A stretch of DNA of 64,000 nt from Alphaproteobacteria bacterium (GCA_963555825.3 CAUVXB020000002.1:1344001-1408000), one strand, 5' to 3'. Counted from the first letter of the stretch, positions 30,653 through 42,728 are shown. Translations and numbers: made by a program. The notes: a model not told the origin generated them from the letters alone.

Positions 30653-31810
30653 ATGAAGACGTTCGTGCTTCCCGATCTCGGTGAGGGTCTGCACGAGGCG
30701 GAGATCGTCGCGTGGCACGTCAGCGCGGGCGACAGCGTCGTCGAGGACGACGTGATCGTCTCCGTCGAGACGGACAAGGCCGTGACCGAGGTGCCCGCCC
30801 CGTGGTCGGGGACGATCGCGCGGCTGTGCGCGGAGGTGGGCGACGTCATCAAGGTGGGCGACGCGATCGTCGCATACGCCGGCGACGACGACGACGATGG
30901 GGCCGTGCCGGAAGCGCGCCCGTCCGATGCGCGCTGGACGGTCGCCGGCGCCGGGACGCGCGTCGCCGCGCCGCAGCCGGGCGCGGGCGTCGCTGTCATG
31001 CCCGCCGTGCGGCTTCTTGCGGCAGAGTTCGACGTCGCGCTTGACGGTGTGACCGGCACCGGGCCCGACGGCGCGATCCTGGCGCGCGACGTCGCGCAAG
31101 CGGCCAAGACGCGCGCGACCCACGACACCGTTGCCGCCGGCGCCGAGCCGGGTGCCCCCGAGACGGTCGAGGAAGCGGCCGACTGGGAGCCACTGAGCGG
31201 GCCGCGCCGGACGATGGCGCGCAACATGGCGCGGGCGCATGCCGAGGTGGTTCCCGCCACGGTCCACGAGGAGGCGGACATCGGCGCGTGGGCTTCGGAC
31301 GAGGACGTGACGGTGAGGTTGGTCCGCGCGCTGTTGGCCGGCGTCGCCGCGGAACCGGCGCTCAATTGCTGGTTCGACGCGCAAAGAGGCCGCCTGGTGC
31401 ACGAGACGGTGGACGTCGGCATCGCGGTTGACACGCCGGCCGGCCTTTTTGTGCCGCCGCTTCGGGGCACCCAGGGCCTTGCCCCGAGCGCGCTGCGCGG
31501 CGAGCTGGACCGCCTCGTGTCGGGTGCGCGGAACCGTTCGCTTTCGGCGGGCGAGCTCAAGGGTGCGACGATCACGCTCAGCAACTATGGCGCCATTGCC
31601 GGGCTTCACGCGACGCCGGTCGTGATGCCGCCCCAGGTCGCGATCCTCGGCGCCGGCCGATCGCGCGCGCAGGTGATTGCCGGCGACGACGGGCCCGTCG
31701 TCGGCCGCGTGCTGCCACTATCGCTCAGCTACGACCATCGTGCCGTGACGGGCGGCGAGGCGGCCCGGTTCATCCGCGCCGTCGTCGCGGATCTGACAAT
31801 GGCGGACTAG
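30653..31810 (+). CDS. 2-oxoacid dehydrogenase E2 (dihydrolipoamide acyltransferase)
   Basis: Lipoyl ETDKA; GTGPDG; TLSNYG; YDHR. Confidence 0.9.
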   Translation: MKTFVLPDLGEGLHEAEIVAWHVSAGDSVVEDDVIVSVETDKAVTEVPAPWSGTIARLCAEVGDVIKVGDAIVAYAGDDDDDGAVPEARPSDARWTVAGAGTRVAAPQPGAGVAVMPAVRLLAAEFDVALDGVTGTGPDGAILARDVAQAAKTRATHDTVAAGAEPGAPETVEEAADWEPLSGPRRTMARNMARAHAEVVPATVHEEADIGAWASDEDVTVRLVRALLAGVAAEPALNCWFDAQRGRLVHETVDVGIAVDTPAGLFVPPLRGTQGLAPSALRGELDRLVSGARNRSLSAGELKGATITLSNYGAIAGLHATPVVMPPQVAILGAGRSRAQVIAGDDGPVVGRVLPLSLSYDHRAVTGGEAARFIRAVVADLTMAD

Positions 31811-31863
31811 GCCCGGCGACGCGGCCGTGTCGCGTTGAAACTGAAACGTTGGAGGAAGATGCC

Positions 31864-32595
31864 ATGGCCAAATATCACGTACGCAACGCCGATACCTACG
31901 GCCACGCCATAGGGATTCTGCTGCTCGACTACCGCGGACCGTTCATCCCCGGCGACGTCGGCAACGCGACGACCTACGACTACCCCGTGCTGTACAAGCT
32001 GGTTAAGGGGTTGACGCTCGACCGCGTCCTGGCGGGCGACCCGGAATGCGGCGCCGATATCGTCGAGGCGGCCAAGGAACTGGAGGAATTCGGCGTCCGG
32101 GGCATCTCGAGCGATTGCGGCTTCCTGGTGCAGTACCAGGCGTTGGTCACGCGGGCGGTCAAGGTGCCGGTCTTCATGTCGAGCCTGCTTCAGATCCCGT
32201 TCCTTTCCAAGATGTTCGATGCGTCGCGACCAGTCGGCTGCATCACGGCGACGCGCAAGAAGCTCGGCAACCGCGTCCTCGAACTGGCCGGCATAACCAG
32301 CGACATCAACGTCGTCGTCAAAGGCATGGAGGATTATCCCCATTTCAAGGAATCGATCCTCGAAGAGTGCGGCGATCTCGACTCGGAGGTGATCGAGCAG
32401 GAAACCGTCGAGGCCGCTCGCGAGCTCCAGTCGCGGCATCCGGACCTGGGCGCCATCGTGCTGGAATGCTCGCTCCTGCCGCCCTACGCCAACGCGGTGC
32501 AGGACGCGACCGGGCTGCCGGTCTTCGACTTCGTCACCATGATCAACTACTTCTACGAGGGCACGCACCGGCGGGCCTATCAGGGCTATTACTGA
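31864..32595 (+). CDS. Aspartate/glutamate racemase family protein
   Basis: PGDVGNATTY, SSDCGF, VLECSLLPPY. Confidence 0.85.
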   Translation: MAKYHVRNADTYGHAIGILLLDYRGPFIPGDVGNATTYDYPVLYKLVKGLTLDRVLAGDPECGADIVEAAKELEEFGVRGISSDCGFLVQYQALVTRAVKVPVFMSSLLQIPFLSKMFDASRPVGCITATRKKLGNRVLELAGITSDINVVVKGMEDYPHFKESILEECGDLDSEVIEQETVEAARELQSRHPDLGAIVLECSLLPPYANAVQDATGLPVFDFVTMINYFYEGTHRRAYQGYY

Positions 32596-32625
32596 GCGCT
32601 GGCAAACGCGGAAGGCAACCGACCG

Positions 32626-33717
32626 ATGATTGACGGTTCCGACAAGGTCGTCGCCGCCTTCGAAATCCGGCGGCGGCAATTCCTCGACATCGACGGCTCA
32701 CCGGTCGCGGCGCTCCCGCCCTGCGCCGAGGATGCGGAATTCGCGCGCAAGCTCTATCGCGGCATGCTGTTCGCGCGCGCCTTCGACGCCAAATGCGTCA
32801 ACCTGCAACGCACCGGCCGTCTCGGCACCTTTTCGACGGCGGCCGGCCAGGAGGCGGTGCCGATCGGGATCGCGTCCGCCATGCGCCGCGACGACGTGTT
32901 CGTCCCCGCCTATCGGGAGGGCTCGGCCCAGATCGCGCGCGGCGTCCGCATCGACGAACTGCTCACCTTTTGGGGCGGCGACGAGCGGGGCAACCGTTAC
33001 GCCGATCCCGCGGTGGCGGACGACCTGCCGGTATGCATCACGGTCGGCAATCACGCGCTCCATGCCGCGGGCGTCGCGACGGCGCTGCAGATCAAGGGTG
33101 AAGACCGCGCCGCGCTTTGCGTCTTCGGCGACGGCGCGACGTCGAAAGGCGACGTCTACGAAGCGCTCAACGTCGCCGGCGTCTGGTCCCTTCCGGTGGT
33201 CTTCGTGATCGCCAATAACCAATGGGCAATCTCCACGCCGCTGAAACACCAGACCGCCGCCCAAACGCTGGCGCAGAAGGGGCTCGCGGGCGGCATCGAG
33301 GTGCTGCAGGTCGACGGCAGCGACGTCATCGCCGTCTATGACGCCGTGTCGCAAGCGCTCGAACGGGCGCGGGGCGGCGGCGGCGCCACGCTCGTCGAAT
33401 GCTTGGCATACCGTCTCCACGATCACAATACCGCCGACGACTCGACGCGATACCGTGATCCGGAAGAGGTCGAACGACAGTGGGCGCATTGCCCGCTGAA
33501 ACGCATGAGAGGATTTCTCGAAAGCAGGGGGTGGTGGGGCGACGAGCGCGAGGCGGCCGCGAAGGCGGCGATCGACGCCGAACTCGAGGCGGCCGTGGCT
33601 TCCTATCTCGCCAGGGAGCCGGACGGCGCCGCCGCCATGTTCGACCACCTGTTCGCGACGCTGCCCGCCGCCTACGCCGATCAGCGCGACGAGGCGATAA
33701 GGTATGAGGATGCCTGA
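32626..33717 (+). CDS. pdhA: 2-oxoacid (pyruvate) dehydrogenase E1 alpha
   Basis: GQEA, GDGATS...NN TPP motif, YRLHDH. Confidence 0.88.
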   Translation: MIDGSDKVVAAFEIRRRQFLDIDGSPVAALPPCAEDAEFARKLYRGMLFARAFDAKCVNLQRTGRLGTFSTAAGQEAVPIGIASAMRRDDVFVPAYREGSAQIARGVRIDELLTFWGGDERGNRYADPAVADDLPVCITVGNHALHAAGVATALQIKGEDRAALCVFGDGATSKGDVYEALNVAGVWSLPVVFVIANNQWAISTPLKHQTAAQTLAQKGLAGGIEVLQVDGSDVIAVYDAVSQALERARGGGGATLVECLAYRLHDHNTADDSTRYRDPEEVERQWAHCPLKRMRGFLESRGWWGDEREAAAKAAIDAELEAAVASYLAREPDGAAAMFDHLFATLPAAYADQRDEAIRYEDA

Positions 33718-34690
33718 ACTGAATCTGGTTCAGGCCGTCAACCAAGCCCTGGCCCGAGCCCTCGAGGATGACCCGGCGGTCGTCGTGCTGGGGCAGGACA
33801 TCGGCATTCACGGCGGCGTGTTTCGGGCGACCGACGGGCTCTATCAGCGATTCGGCGGCACGCGCGTGCGCGACACGCCGCTCGCCGAAACGGCGCTGGG
33901 CGGCCTGACGCTCGGCATGGCGACGCAGGGACTCAAGCCGGTCTGCGAGATTCAGTTCCTCGGCTTCATCTATCCGGTGCTCGACAACCTCGCCAATCAC
34001 GCCTCGCGCATGCGCAACCGCACGCGCGGCCGGCTGACCTGCCCGATGGTCGTTCGCGTGACGCATGGCGGTGGCGTGCGCGCGCCCGAACATCATTCCG
34101 AGGCGCTCGAGTCGATGCTCGCGCATATTCCCGGGCTCAGGGTGGTCATCCCGTCTTCGCCCACGAAAGCCTATGGCCTGCTGCTGAGCGCGATCCGCGA
34201 CCCCGACCCGGTGGTCTTCCTGGAGCCGACCCGGCTTTACCGCGCGTTCAAGGAGCCGGTCGAGGACGACGGCGCGGGGGCCCCGCTCGATCGCTGCTTC
34301 GTCGTCCGCGAGGGAACGGATATCACGCTGGTCGCCTGGGGCGCGATGATGAAGGAGACGTTGGAGGCGGCCGCGCTCCTCGAGGAGCGCGGCGTGTCGG
34401 CCGAGGTGATCGACATCGCGACGATCACGCCGTTCGACGCGGAAACCGTCATCGCATCGGTCGGCAGGACCGGCCGGTGCGTCATCGTGCACGAGGCCGC
34501 GCGGACTGCCGGCTTCGGGGCGGAGATCGCCGCAACGCTCGCCGAACGGGCGATACTGGCCCTCCTCGCGCCGATCGAACGGGTAACCGGCTACGACGTG
34601 GTCATGCCGTTGCCGCGGCTCGAGAAGCATAACATTCCCTCGCCGCAGCGAATATTGGCGGCATGCGAGCGCAGCCTGAGGTTCGGTTGA
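33710..34690 (+). CDS. pdhB: 2-oxoacid (pyruvate) dehydrogenase E1 beta
   Basis: GGVFRATDGL, DTPLAE, EHHSE, VHEA. Confidence 0.88.
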   Translation: MPELNLVQAVNQALARALEDDPAVVVLGQDIGIHGGVFRATDGLYQRFGGTRVRDTPLAETALGGLTLGMATQGLKPVCEIQFLGFIYPVLDNLANHASRMRNRTRGRLTCPMVVRVTHGGGVRAPEHHSEALESMLAHIPGLRVVIPSSPTKAYGLLLSAIRDPDPVVFLEPTRLYRAFKEPVEDDGAGAPLDRCFVVREGTDITLVAWGAMMKETLEAAALLEERGVSAEVIDIATITPFDAETVIASVGRTGRCVIVHEAARTAGFGAEIAATLAERAILALLAPIERVTGYDVVMPLPRLEKHNIPSPQRILAACERSLRFG

Positions 34691-34825
34691 AGGCCCGGCC
34701 GATCGCCGTCACAGGCCGTCACATCACGCCGAAATCTCGAGTCATTCAAATTCCAACCCCGGTCGGGCAGGCAAGACTAACTCGCAATCGTCCAATGCAG
34801 CCCGCCGCGACTTCGGCTCGGGGTC

Positions 34826-36337
34826 CAGACTGTGTAAGAACGTTTGCTGCGTGATCTGTACGGCGCGTCTTTGGCTTCGATGATCCGTCGCGGCGGGTAT
34901 TCCGGGATTAAGGATTTTCGCCACTCGTGCGGACCTGTCGGCCGGCTGGCGCCGGTGTGAGCTGCGATTTGGCCGGATATGGGCGCAATTTGCGGCGCAG
35001 AGAGGCCTATGCGGTCCTCATCGCCGCGATCAGCGGGTCGATGCCCGTGATGTTCATGACGCGCTTGAGATTGTAGGCCAGCACGTGCAGGGCCATCTCG
35101 GTCCTCACCCGTTTCAGCGTCTTCGTCTGGAAATGCGTCGCGCCCATCCAGGACTTGATGGTGCCGAAGGGATGCTCGGCCGTCTCGCGCCGCCGACGCA
35201 TCGCCTCCGGGTGCTCGTCGAGCCGCCTCTCGACGGCCTCGAGAACATGCTCGTGCTGCCAGCGGGTGATGCGGCGCTGCTTGGCCGTGGTGCAGCGATG
35301 CTTGATGGCGCATCCCTGACAGGCGTTGGTCCAGTAGCGCCGCATGCTCAGCCCCCTCTCCTGGCTGGTGAAGCGGTAGACCAAACGCTCGCCGGCCGGG
35401 CAGCGATAGACATCGTCGGCGGCCAGATAGACGAAGTCCTGTTTGCCGAAGCGGCCCTTGGCCTTGGCTCCAGAGGTCAGCGGCTTAGGCAATGTGACGG
35501 TGATGCCGGCCTCATCGCAGGCCAGAATCTCCTTGCCGTTGTAGTAGCCGCGATCGGCAACGACATCCAACTCGTCGGTCTCCAGAGCCGCCTTGGTCCG
35601 CTTCGCCATGGCTGAGAGCTGGGCGCGGTCGGTGCCCTGATTGGTCACCTCGTGGGCGACGATCAGGTGGTGCTTGGTGTCGACGGCGGCCTGAACGTTG
35701 TAGCCGACCACGCCGGAACCCCGGCCGCTCGTCGCCATCGAGCGGGCATCGGGATCGCTCAGAGAGATCTGCTGGTCCGGGCTCGCACGCCGCTCGACTT
35801 CAAGCGCCTTCAGGCGCCGCATCTCCTCCTTGAGGATCGCGATCTTGTCGGCCAGACGAGTCGTCTTGGTCGTGCGCGCCAGCGACGGCTCTTGCCGGTC
35901 GGCGCTGTCCAACTGGTCCAGATAGCGCGCAACGCTCTCCTCGATCTGCGCCACCCGCCGCGCCATCTTGGCCCGCGTGAAGTTCCTGTCCCGGCTGTTG
36001 ACCGCCTTGAACTTCGAGCCATCGATCGCCACGCTCGCCTCGGCGAACAGCCCGAGTTGCCGGCACAGCGCGACGAACCGGGCGCAGACCTTGCGGATCG
36101 CACGGCCGTTGTCCTTGCGGAAGTCGGCGATCGTCTTGTGATCCGGCGCCAGCCGGCCGACCAGCCACATCACTTCCACATTGCGCCCGGCCTCCCTCTC
36201 GAGCCGACGGCTCGACTGAACCCGGTTGAGATAGCCGTAGATGTAGAGCTTCAACAAATCGCAAGGATGATAGGCCGGCCTGCCGGTCGCCAGCGGCTCG
36301 ACCCGGTCGAACCCGAGGCCGCCAAGATCGAGCTCAT
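34826..36337 (-). mobile_element. IS1182-family element; 5' end removed by IS21 (transposase 35007-36337)
   Basis: IDGSK, DPDAR, GYNVQ, ADRGYY, EHPFGTIK; end CAGACTGTGTAAGAAC. Confidence 0.9.
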
Positions 36338-38907
36338 TGTCAATGGCGGAGCAAAAAGGGACCACCTCGGCGGTGTAAGAAGGGACCGCTTGGCGGCTGC
36401 GGGCTTGTCCCCGTAGTCCACGGGAGGGCCCCGCGCGCGACGCGGCGTGCCCTCAACAGGCTGACGCGGCGGCGCGCGCGGGAGGGACCTGTGGGCCCAC
36501 GGGGTCAAGCGTGGGCTGGGTGGTCGGTTCAGTTAGCAGTCGGGGTTTGACGCCTGCGGCTCTGGTTGAGCCTGTAGCTGTCACCGTTCATCTCGAGGAT
36601 GTTGACGTGGTGGGTGAGGCGATCGAGGAGCGCGCCGGTGAGGCGCTCGGAGCCGAACACCTCGGTCCATTCGTCGAAGGGCAGATTGGTGGTGACCAGG
36701 GTCGAGCCCCGCTCGTAGCGTTGGCTGAACACCTCGAACAACAGCTCGGCGCCGGTCTTCGACAGCGGCACGAAGCCGAGTTCGTCGACGATCAGAAGCT
36801 TGTAGGTGGCGAGCTTCTTCTGGAACCTCAGCAGCTGCTTGTCATCGCGGGCCTCGATGAGTTCGTGGACCAGCGCGGCGGCGGTGATGAAGCCGACCGA
36901 GAGGCCCTTCTGGCAGGCCGCCAGGCCGAGACCGAGGGCGATGTGGGTCTTGCCGGTCCCACTGTTGCCGAGCGCGATGAGGTTCTCGCGGCGCTCGATG
37001 TACTCGCAGCGGGCCAGCTCCAGGACCAGCGCCTTGTTGAGCGAGGGGATGACCTTGAAGTCGAAGCTGTCGAGGCTCTTGACCACGGGGAAGCGCGCCG
37101 CCTTGATGCGCCGCTCGACCATGCGGCGCTCGCGGTCGATCAGCTCGAGCTCGGCGAGTCTCAACAGGTAGCGGACGTGATCGACGCCTTCCGAGGCGCA
37201 CTGCCGGGCGATCTTGTCGTACTCGCGCAGGAAGGTCGGCAGCTTCAGCGTCTTGAGGTGGTGGGCGAGCAGCACTTGCGGTGTGTCGGTCATGCGCCGA
37301 GCCCCGACAGCAGGCTCATGTACGACTTGGCGGACGTCATCGCGACCCGGGCGCGCGGCAGATACGGATAGACGTCGAGGTTGAGCCTGGGCGGCCGCCG
37401 CTCGATGCGGCACAGTACCAGGTGCTTCACCGCATCAAAGCCGATTGCGCCGAGCCGCAGGGCGTCGCCGACCGCACCCTCGACCTCCTCGAGCCGGAAG
37501 GTCTCCAGTAGACGGAGCACCTGGACGTACTCGCGCTTGCCTGCCTTGCCCATACGAGCTTCGAGGAGCCGCCGCAGAGTGATGAAGGCCTCGGGCAGGT
37601 CCCAGCCCGCCAATGGCGCGGCCTGGTCGAGGGCGCCGATCTTCTGCTCGATCAAGGGCAGGTAATGCAGCGGGTCGAAGATCAGGTCCTCGCTGTCGTA
37701 GGACCGGCGGTGCCGGGCGATCACCTCGGCCCCGCAGCTGATCACCACCTCATCGACGTAGCCCCGGATGAGCACCTCACGGTGGCCGTAGGCCACGGGC
37801 ACGGAATAGTCGTTGCTGCGGTAACGCACCAGCGACAGCGAACTCGCCCGTCCAGGGCGCTTATCGCAGGCATCATAGGGAGCAGGCGGCAATGGCAAGA
37901 GAACTTGACGATCCCGCTCGAGACGCTCGCCGATGGTCTCCTTGTGGCCCCGCAGCCGCGCCGCCTGGCGCCGGCGGCACTGTTCGGCGAGAGCATCGTT
38001 GAGGGCCGCGAAGCTCTCGGCACGCGGGACGGGGACCAGGAAGTTCCGCCGGATGAAGCCGACCAGTCCCTCGACCTTGCCCTTGTCGTTGCCCTTGCCC
38101 GGCCGGCCGAACCTGTCCTCGAACAGATAGTGGGACTGAAGCTCCGTGAAGACGCGCGTTCGCTGCCGCTTCCCATCGCCCAGGATCCGGGCAACCGCCA
38201 GCTTGGTGTTGTCGTACAGGATGGATCGGGGGACGCCGCCGAAGAAGGCAAACGCCGCGTTGTGGCCATCGCAGAATGCTTCGGTCGTCTCCGCCGGATA
38301 GGCCGCAACAAAGCAACCATCACTGTGGGGAAGGTCGAAGGCAAGGAAGTGGATCTTCCGTAACGCGCCGCCGATCACCGCCATCGCTTCGCCGAAGTCC
38401 GCCTGGGCGTGACCGGGGGAATGGGAGAGTGGCACGAACACCTCACGCGACCGAAGCCCCTGCTCACGAACGTAGTCCTTCACGATGGTGTAGCCGCCCG
38501 TGAAACCGTACTCGTCCCGGAGGCGGTCGAAGATGCGCTTCGCAGTGTGCCGTTGCTTGCGGTGGCTGGTCCGATCGTCTTCCAAGATCCGATCGATGAT
38601 TCCCGTGAACGGACCCAGCTTTGGCCGCCTCGGCGGCGCGCTTCGGCGATACCCTGGCGGCACCGAGAACGACAGCATCTTACGGACCGTCTTGCGGTCT
38701 ACACCAAACACCCGCGAGGCCTCGCGGGTGCTCATCCCCTCGACATGACACGCCCGCCGAACCCGTGCGTACAACTCCACCCGATACATCCCCCCCGCCT
38801 TCCAGTCAGAGCAACCCTGACAGAAGGCTATACGCGGTCCCATTTTGGTCCGCCGCAGCCGGATCGACCGGCCGCTTCAGTGGGGGATTATTGCTCTGCC
38901 GTTCTCA
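36338..38907 (-). mobile_element. IS21-family element, copy 2 (istA 37290-38789, istB 36529-37293)
   Basis: Reverse complement of 19084-21653; identical ORF translations. Confidence 0.95.
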
Positions 38908-39955
38908 CCTCGATCAGACACCCAGGAGCCTTGGCGACGTTCGCCCCTTCGACACTGCGGAGGCGTTCCTGCTCTACGACGCCATCTTTGCTCCCACCGA
39001 ACCGTTGCTCGAAGGTGTCCGCCACGTCTTCGTCGTGCCCGACGGGGCGCTACAGAGCTTGCCTGTTTGTGTCCTGGTGACGAAGGAGCCCGAGCACCGC
39101 GTGCGCAAGCTCGAGGACTACGCCGATGTGCCGTGGCTCGCTAAGCGGTATGCAATGACGGTGCTGCCCTCGGTGTCGTCGCTGCGCGCGCTGCGTCAGT
39201 TCGCCAAGGCGGCGCGGGCCACGTACCCCTTCGTCGGTTTTGGCGACCCGCTGCTCGAGGGCGATCCCGGTCGTGGGCGCGGTTTCGACGTCGCTGCCCT
39301 ATTCACCCGTGGCGCGGTAGCCGATGTCGACGGTGTCCGCAAACTTCCACGCCTGCCCGACACCGCCGACGAGTTGCGGGCGCTAGCTCAGAGCCTCGGG
39401 GTCGAGGACGAAATGGTGTTCCTAGGCGAGCGAGCGACAGAGACATTGGTGCGCTCGGAAGACCTCTCCCGTTACCGCGTCCTCGCCTTCGCTACCCACG
39501 GCCTCGTCGCCGGTGATCTCAAGGGCGTCGCCGAGCCGGCGCTCGTATTTACGCCGCCGGAGACTGGGTCCGAGGCGGACGACGGGCTCCTCACCGCAAG
39601 TGAGATCGCCACGCTGAACCTCGACGCTGATTGGGTCATCCTTTCCGCCTGCAACACTGCTGCGGCCGACGGCACACCGGGGGCCGAAGGCCTCTCTGGG
39701 CTCGCCAAGGCATTCTTCTACGCCGGCGCGCGAGCGCTCCTGGTGTCGCATTGGTCAGTGGTCTCGGATGCAGCGGTCAAGCTTACGACGACAATGTTCG
39801 ATGAAATGCGTGATGATCCCGACATAGGCCGCGCCGAGGCGCTGCGACGTGCAAGGCTCAAGCTGATGACCGACGTGGAGAAACCCTACTTCGCCCATCC
39901 CATGTTCTGGGCTCCATTCGTGGTCGTCGGAGAGGGCGGCGTACCGCAAGGGTAG
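38908..39955 (+). pseudogene. CHAT (caspase-like) domain protein, N-terminus cut off by IS21
   Basis: VPDGAL, FATHG, LSACNT, SHWSV, HPMFWAPF; no start codon after the IS end. Confidence 0.85.
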
Positions 39956-40322
39956 TGCGAGGCGGCTCTCGCACGACCGTCGCCCGGATCAGCATGATCG
40001 CCATCGCCTGATGAGAGTTCCGATATGGGACCCATATCCACCTCCTCGGATGGGACCCGCTGGCTACCAGAAAAACCGACCTTGGAACGAGAGATCGCCG
40101 ACATACAGCATGAACCTGATGGGACCCACCGCCGTCGCGATGTACCCCTCCCCCCGGGGTCCGAACATGTGCGGCCGATCTTGGTCCGATTGCCTGGCCT
40201 CCAACTTGACGCCCAGATCACCAGTCGAGCGGTGGCATCATGGGAAACCAGAGAGGATTGCAGCCACCGAGGGCCGCGAGGGCGACGATGACCCGGTGAC
40301 CAGCAACGCGATGATGATCCAA

Positions 40323-40979
40323 TCACGCCCTGTCTTGTCCGTCATACGCCTCGCTCCCCCGTTTCGGCGCCGGCAGCGTGCCACGCTTCGGTAGTCGGGT
40401 CACGTTGAAGGCGTCGTCGAGCTCGTCATCCCGTTCCCATTGCGCGATGCGCTCGGCGATCGGCAGGATGCTACCATCACTCTCGCCTTCGCCGCCGTAG
40501 GCTTCGAGACCGTGGGCGATGCGCTCGATGGTGACAAGCTCCTTGAGCGCCGCCGTCAGGGACCGCGCGACCGCCGCCCTGGCCGGCAACGCCGCCGTCA
40601 CCACGCGGTCAAGCCGATGCTGGATGCGGTTCAATCCCGACATATCCTCTTTGCCGTCGGCAATCGCCCGAAGGTCGGTCAGCAAGGTCTCCACCTCGGC
40701 AGCGCGTTCGTGTTCGGTCGACAGCTCGGTGAACAGCCTGCACACCAGCTCTTGAGCGCGTGCCACGATGGTACGGTGATCGCGCACCACCTCGGACTGG
40801 TCGCGGCCGGCGAGTGCCTGGAGCTCGTCGTCGGTCAGCGCGCGGGCGTGAAAGGGCGTCTTCGACGCGGCTGCTAGGCCGTCCACATCCCCAAACGACA
40901 CATCATCGCCTTCAACCTGGTTGGTATCGCCAGGTTGACGGGGAGAGAATTCGCCGTGGTCGGTGAAGCTATCTGGCAT
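40323..40979 (-). CDS. Hypothetical protein, possibly phage-related
   Basis: Helical ORF next to the tRNA island boundary; no recognised motif. Confidence 0.45.
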   Translation of the reverse strand: MPDSFTDHGEFSPRQPGDTNQVEGDDVSFGDVDGLAAASKTPFHARALTDDELQALAGRDQSEVVRDHRTIVARAQELVCRLFTELSTEHERAAEVETLLTDLRAIADGKEDMSGLNRIQHRLDRVVTAALPARAAVARSLTAALKELVTIERIAHGLEAYGGEGESDGSILPIAERIAQWERDDELDDAFNVTRLPKRGTLPAPKRGSEAYDGQDRA

Positions 40980-41387
40980 GGTTCGTCGCTTCGCTCCCGA
41001 TGATGTTTTGAGGTGAGGTGCCACCAGCCAGGTTCGCCGGTAGCTCGGTGGGTGAGACCGATGGAGTTTCAGCTTGGCGGCGTTCCTGGCTGGCGGCTGG
41101 CGCTTTTATCACGTCGCTAGGGGGTCCAGGGTGATCGTGCGCCATAGTCGTCTCGCGCGCGTTCCGTTCACAGCTCTACGAGGTGAGACCCAGCCCATAC
41201 GACGTGAACCTAGTGGGACCCGCCACCGTCGCAATGTACCCTTCCCCCCCACCTGGTTCCTTATCGTCAGAGTCGGTTGGTCCAATCAGCATGGGGACAT
41301 TAGCACGGATTGGGGCAATTCCCTACCCCGTTCCCTACCCAAGATCAAATTCTGGAGATTTGGGAACAGATAAGTCATTGATTTAAT

Positions 41388-41463
<76 letters not shown>

Positions 41464-41674
41464 ACCGAGGCCCGGCGATATATCAGAGCCTTTGTGCTTT
41501 GTCGATAGCCGCCCACGCGTCGCTGGTTCGTGTCAGTCGCGCGTGCCGTTGCAAGGCTCGGTGATCCTGATCGGCGAGACGCGAACTTCAATGTCAACGG
41601 CCTCGACTCGGGCCTGCACCGGTTCAACATCAGCGTCAGCCTCGACCGGGTCCCCCGGCGGCGTGGGCGGCGGC

Positions 41675-42685
41675 TTAGCGCTGGCGGCGTGAGCGGCGGC
41701 GGAGCGCGCTGCCGGCGACCGGCGCCTTGATCGCCGCGGCGACCGGGCCCAGCGCGTCCTCGATGGCATCGAGGTCGGGCGCGTCCACAGGTGCATAGCC
41801 CTCGATCGCGTTGACGATAGCCCTCAAATGCACCGGCGTCGCGCCGCAGCAGGCACCGATGATGCGCGCGCCCGAATCGCGCGCCATGCGGCCATAGCGC
41901 GCCATCACCTCGGGCGTGCCGTCATATATGATCTTGCCGTCGATGTAGTCGGGCACGCCGCAGTTGCTCTTGGCGACCAGCACATCGTCGGGCCCGGCGA
42001 CACGCGCCAGGCCGGTCAGCACGTTGACCAACTCGGCCGGGCCGTTGCCGCAGTTGGCGCCGTAGGCGATCGGCGTCGGCGTGAGACCCTGGCAAAATGC
42101 CGCTGCCTGCGCCGGCGTCACGCCCATCATGGTGCGCCCGACGGTGTCGAAGGTCATCGTGCAGACCACCGGCAGGCCCGTCGTCGGGGCGCCGGCGGCG
42201 GCCGCGGCGACCTCCTCCTCGGACGACATGGTCTCGATCCAGATGACGTCGGCGCCGCCCGCCGCCAGCGCCTGGGCCTGGGCGGTGAAGGCCGCGACGC
42301 CGTCGGCCATCGACAGCGCGCCGAGCGGCGCGAACAGCTCGCCCGTCGGGCCGATATCGCCGGCGACGACAATCGGTCGGTCGGCCGCGTCGGCGACGCC
42401 GCGCGCGACACGCGCGCCCGCCTCGTTGAGCTCGGCGACCCGGTCTGCCATCTGGTGGAGCTTGAGCCGGTACGCGTTGGCGCCGAAGGTATTGGTCAGG
42501 ATGATGTCGGCGCCGGCATCGACGAAACCCTGGTGGACCAGGGCGATGCGGTCGGCATGATCGACGTTCCATTGCTCGGGCGAGCCGCCGGTCTCGAGGC
42601 CGAGCGCGAACAGGCTGGTGCCCATGCCGCCGTCGGAAACCAGATAGGGTTTGTGATCGAGCAGCCTGCGCAGCACATCGGTCAT
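41675..42685 (-). CDS. bmt: Betaine-homocysteine S-methyltransferase family protein
   Basis: DGGMGT, TNTFG, IETMS, GANCG, GACCG. Confidence 0.85.
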   Translation of the reverse strand: MTDVLRRLLDHKPYLVSDGGMGTSLFALGLETGGSPEQWNVDHADRIALVHQGFVDAGADIILTNTFGANAYRLKLHQMADRVAELNEAGARVARGVADAADRPIVVAGDIGPTGELFAPLGALSMADGVAAFTAQAQALAAGGADVIWIETMSSEEEVAAAAAGAPTTGLPVVCTMTFDTVGRTMMGVTPAQAAAFCQGLTPTPIAYGANCGNGPAELVNVLTGLARVAGPDDVLVAKSNCGVPDYIDGKIIYDGTPEVMARYGRMARDSGARIIGACCGATPVHLRAIVNAIEGYAPVDAPDLDAIEDALGPVAAAIKAPVAGSALRRRSRRQR

Positions 42686-42728
42686 CGGACGGCCAGTTCC
42701 CACTCTCGTATTATGTCGCTTGGGCGCA

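Noticed and set aside
19075-38915. Clean composite transposon insertion
   Set aside because: The outer flanks (CATATC, CCTCGA) show no target duplication.
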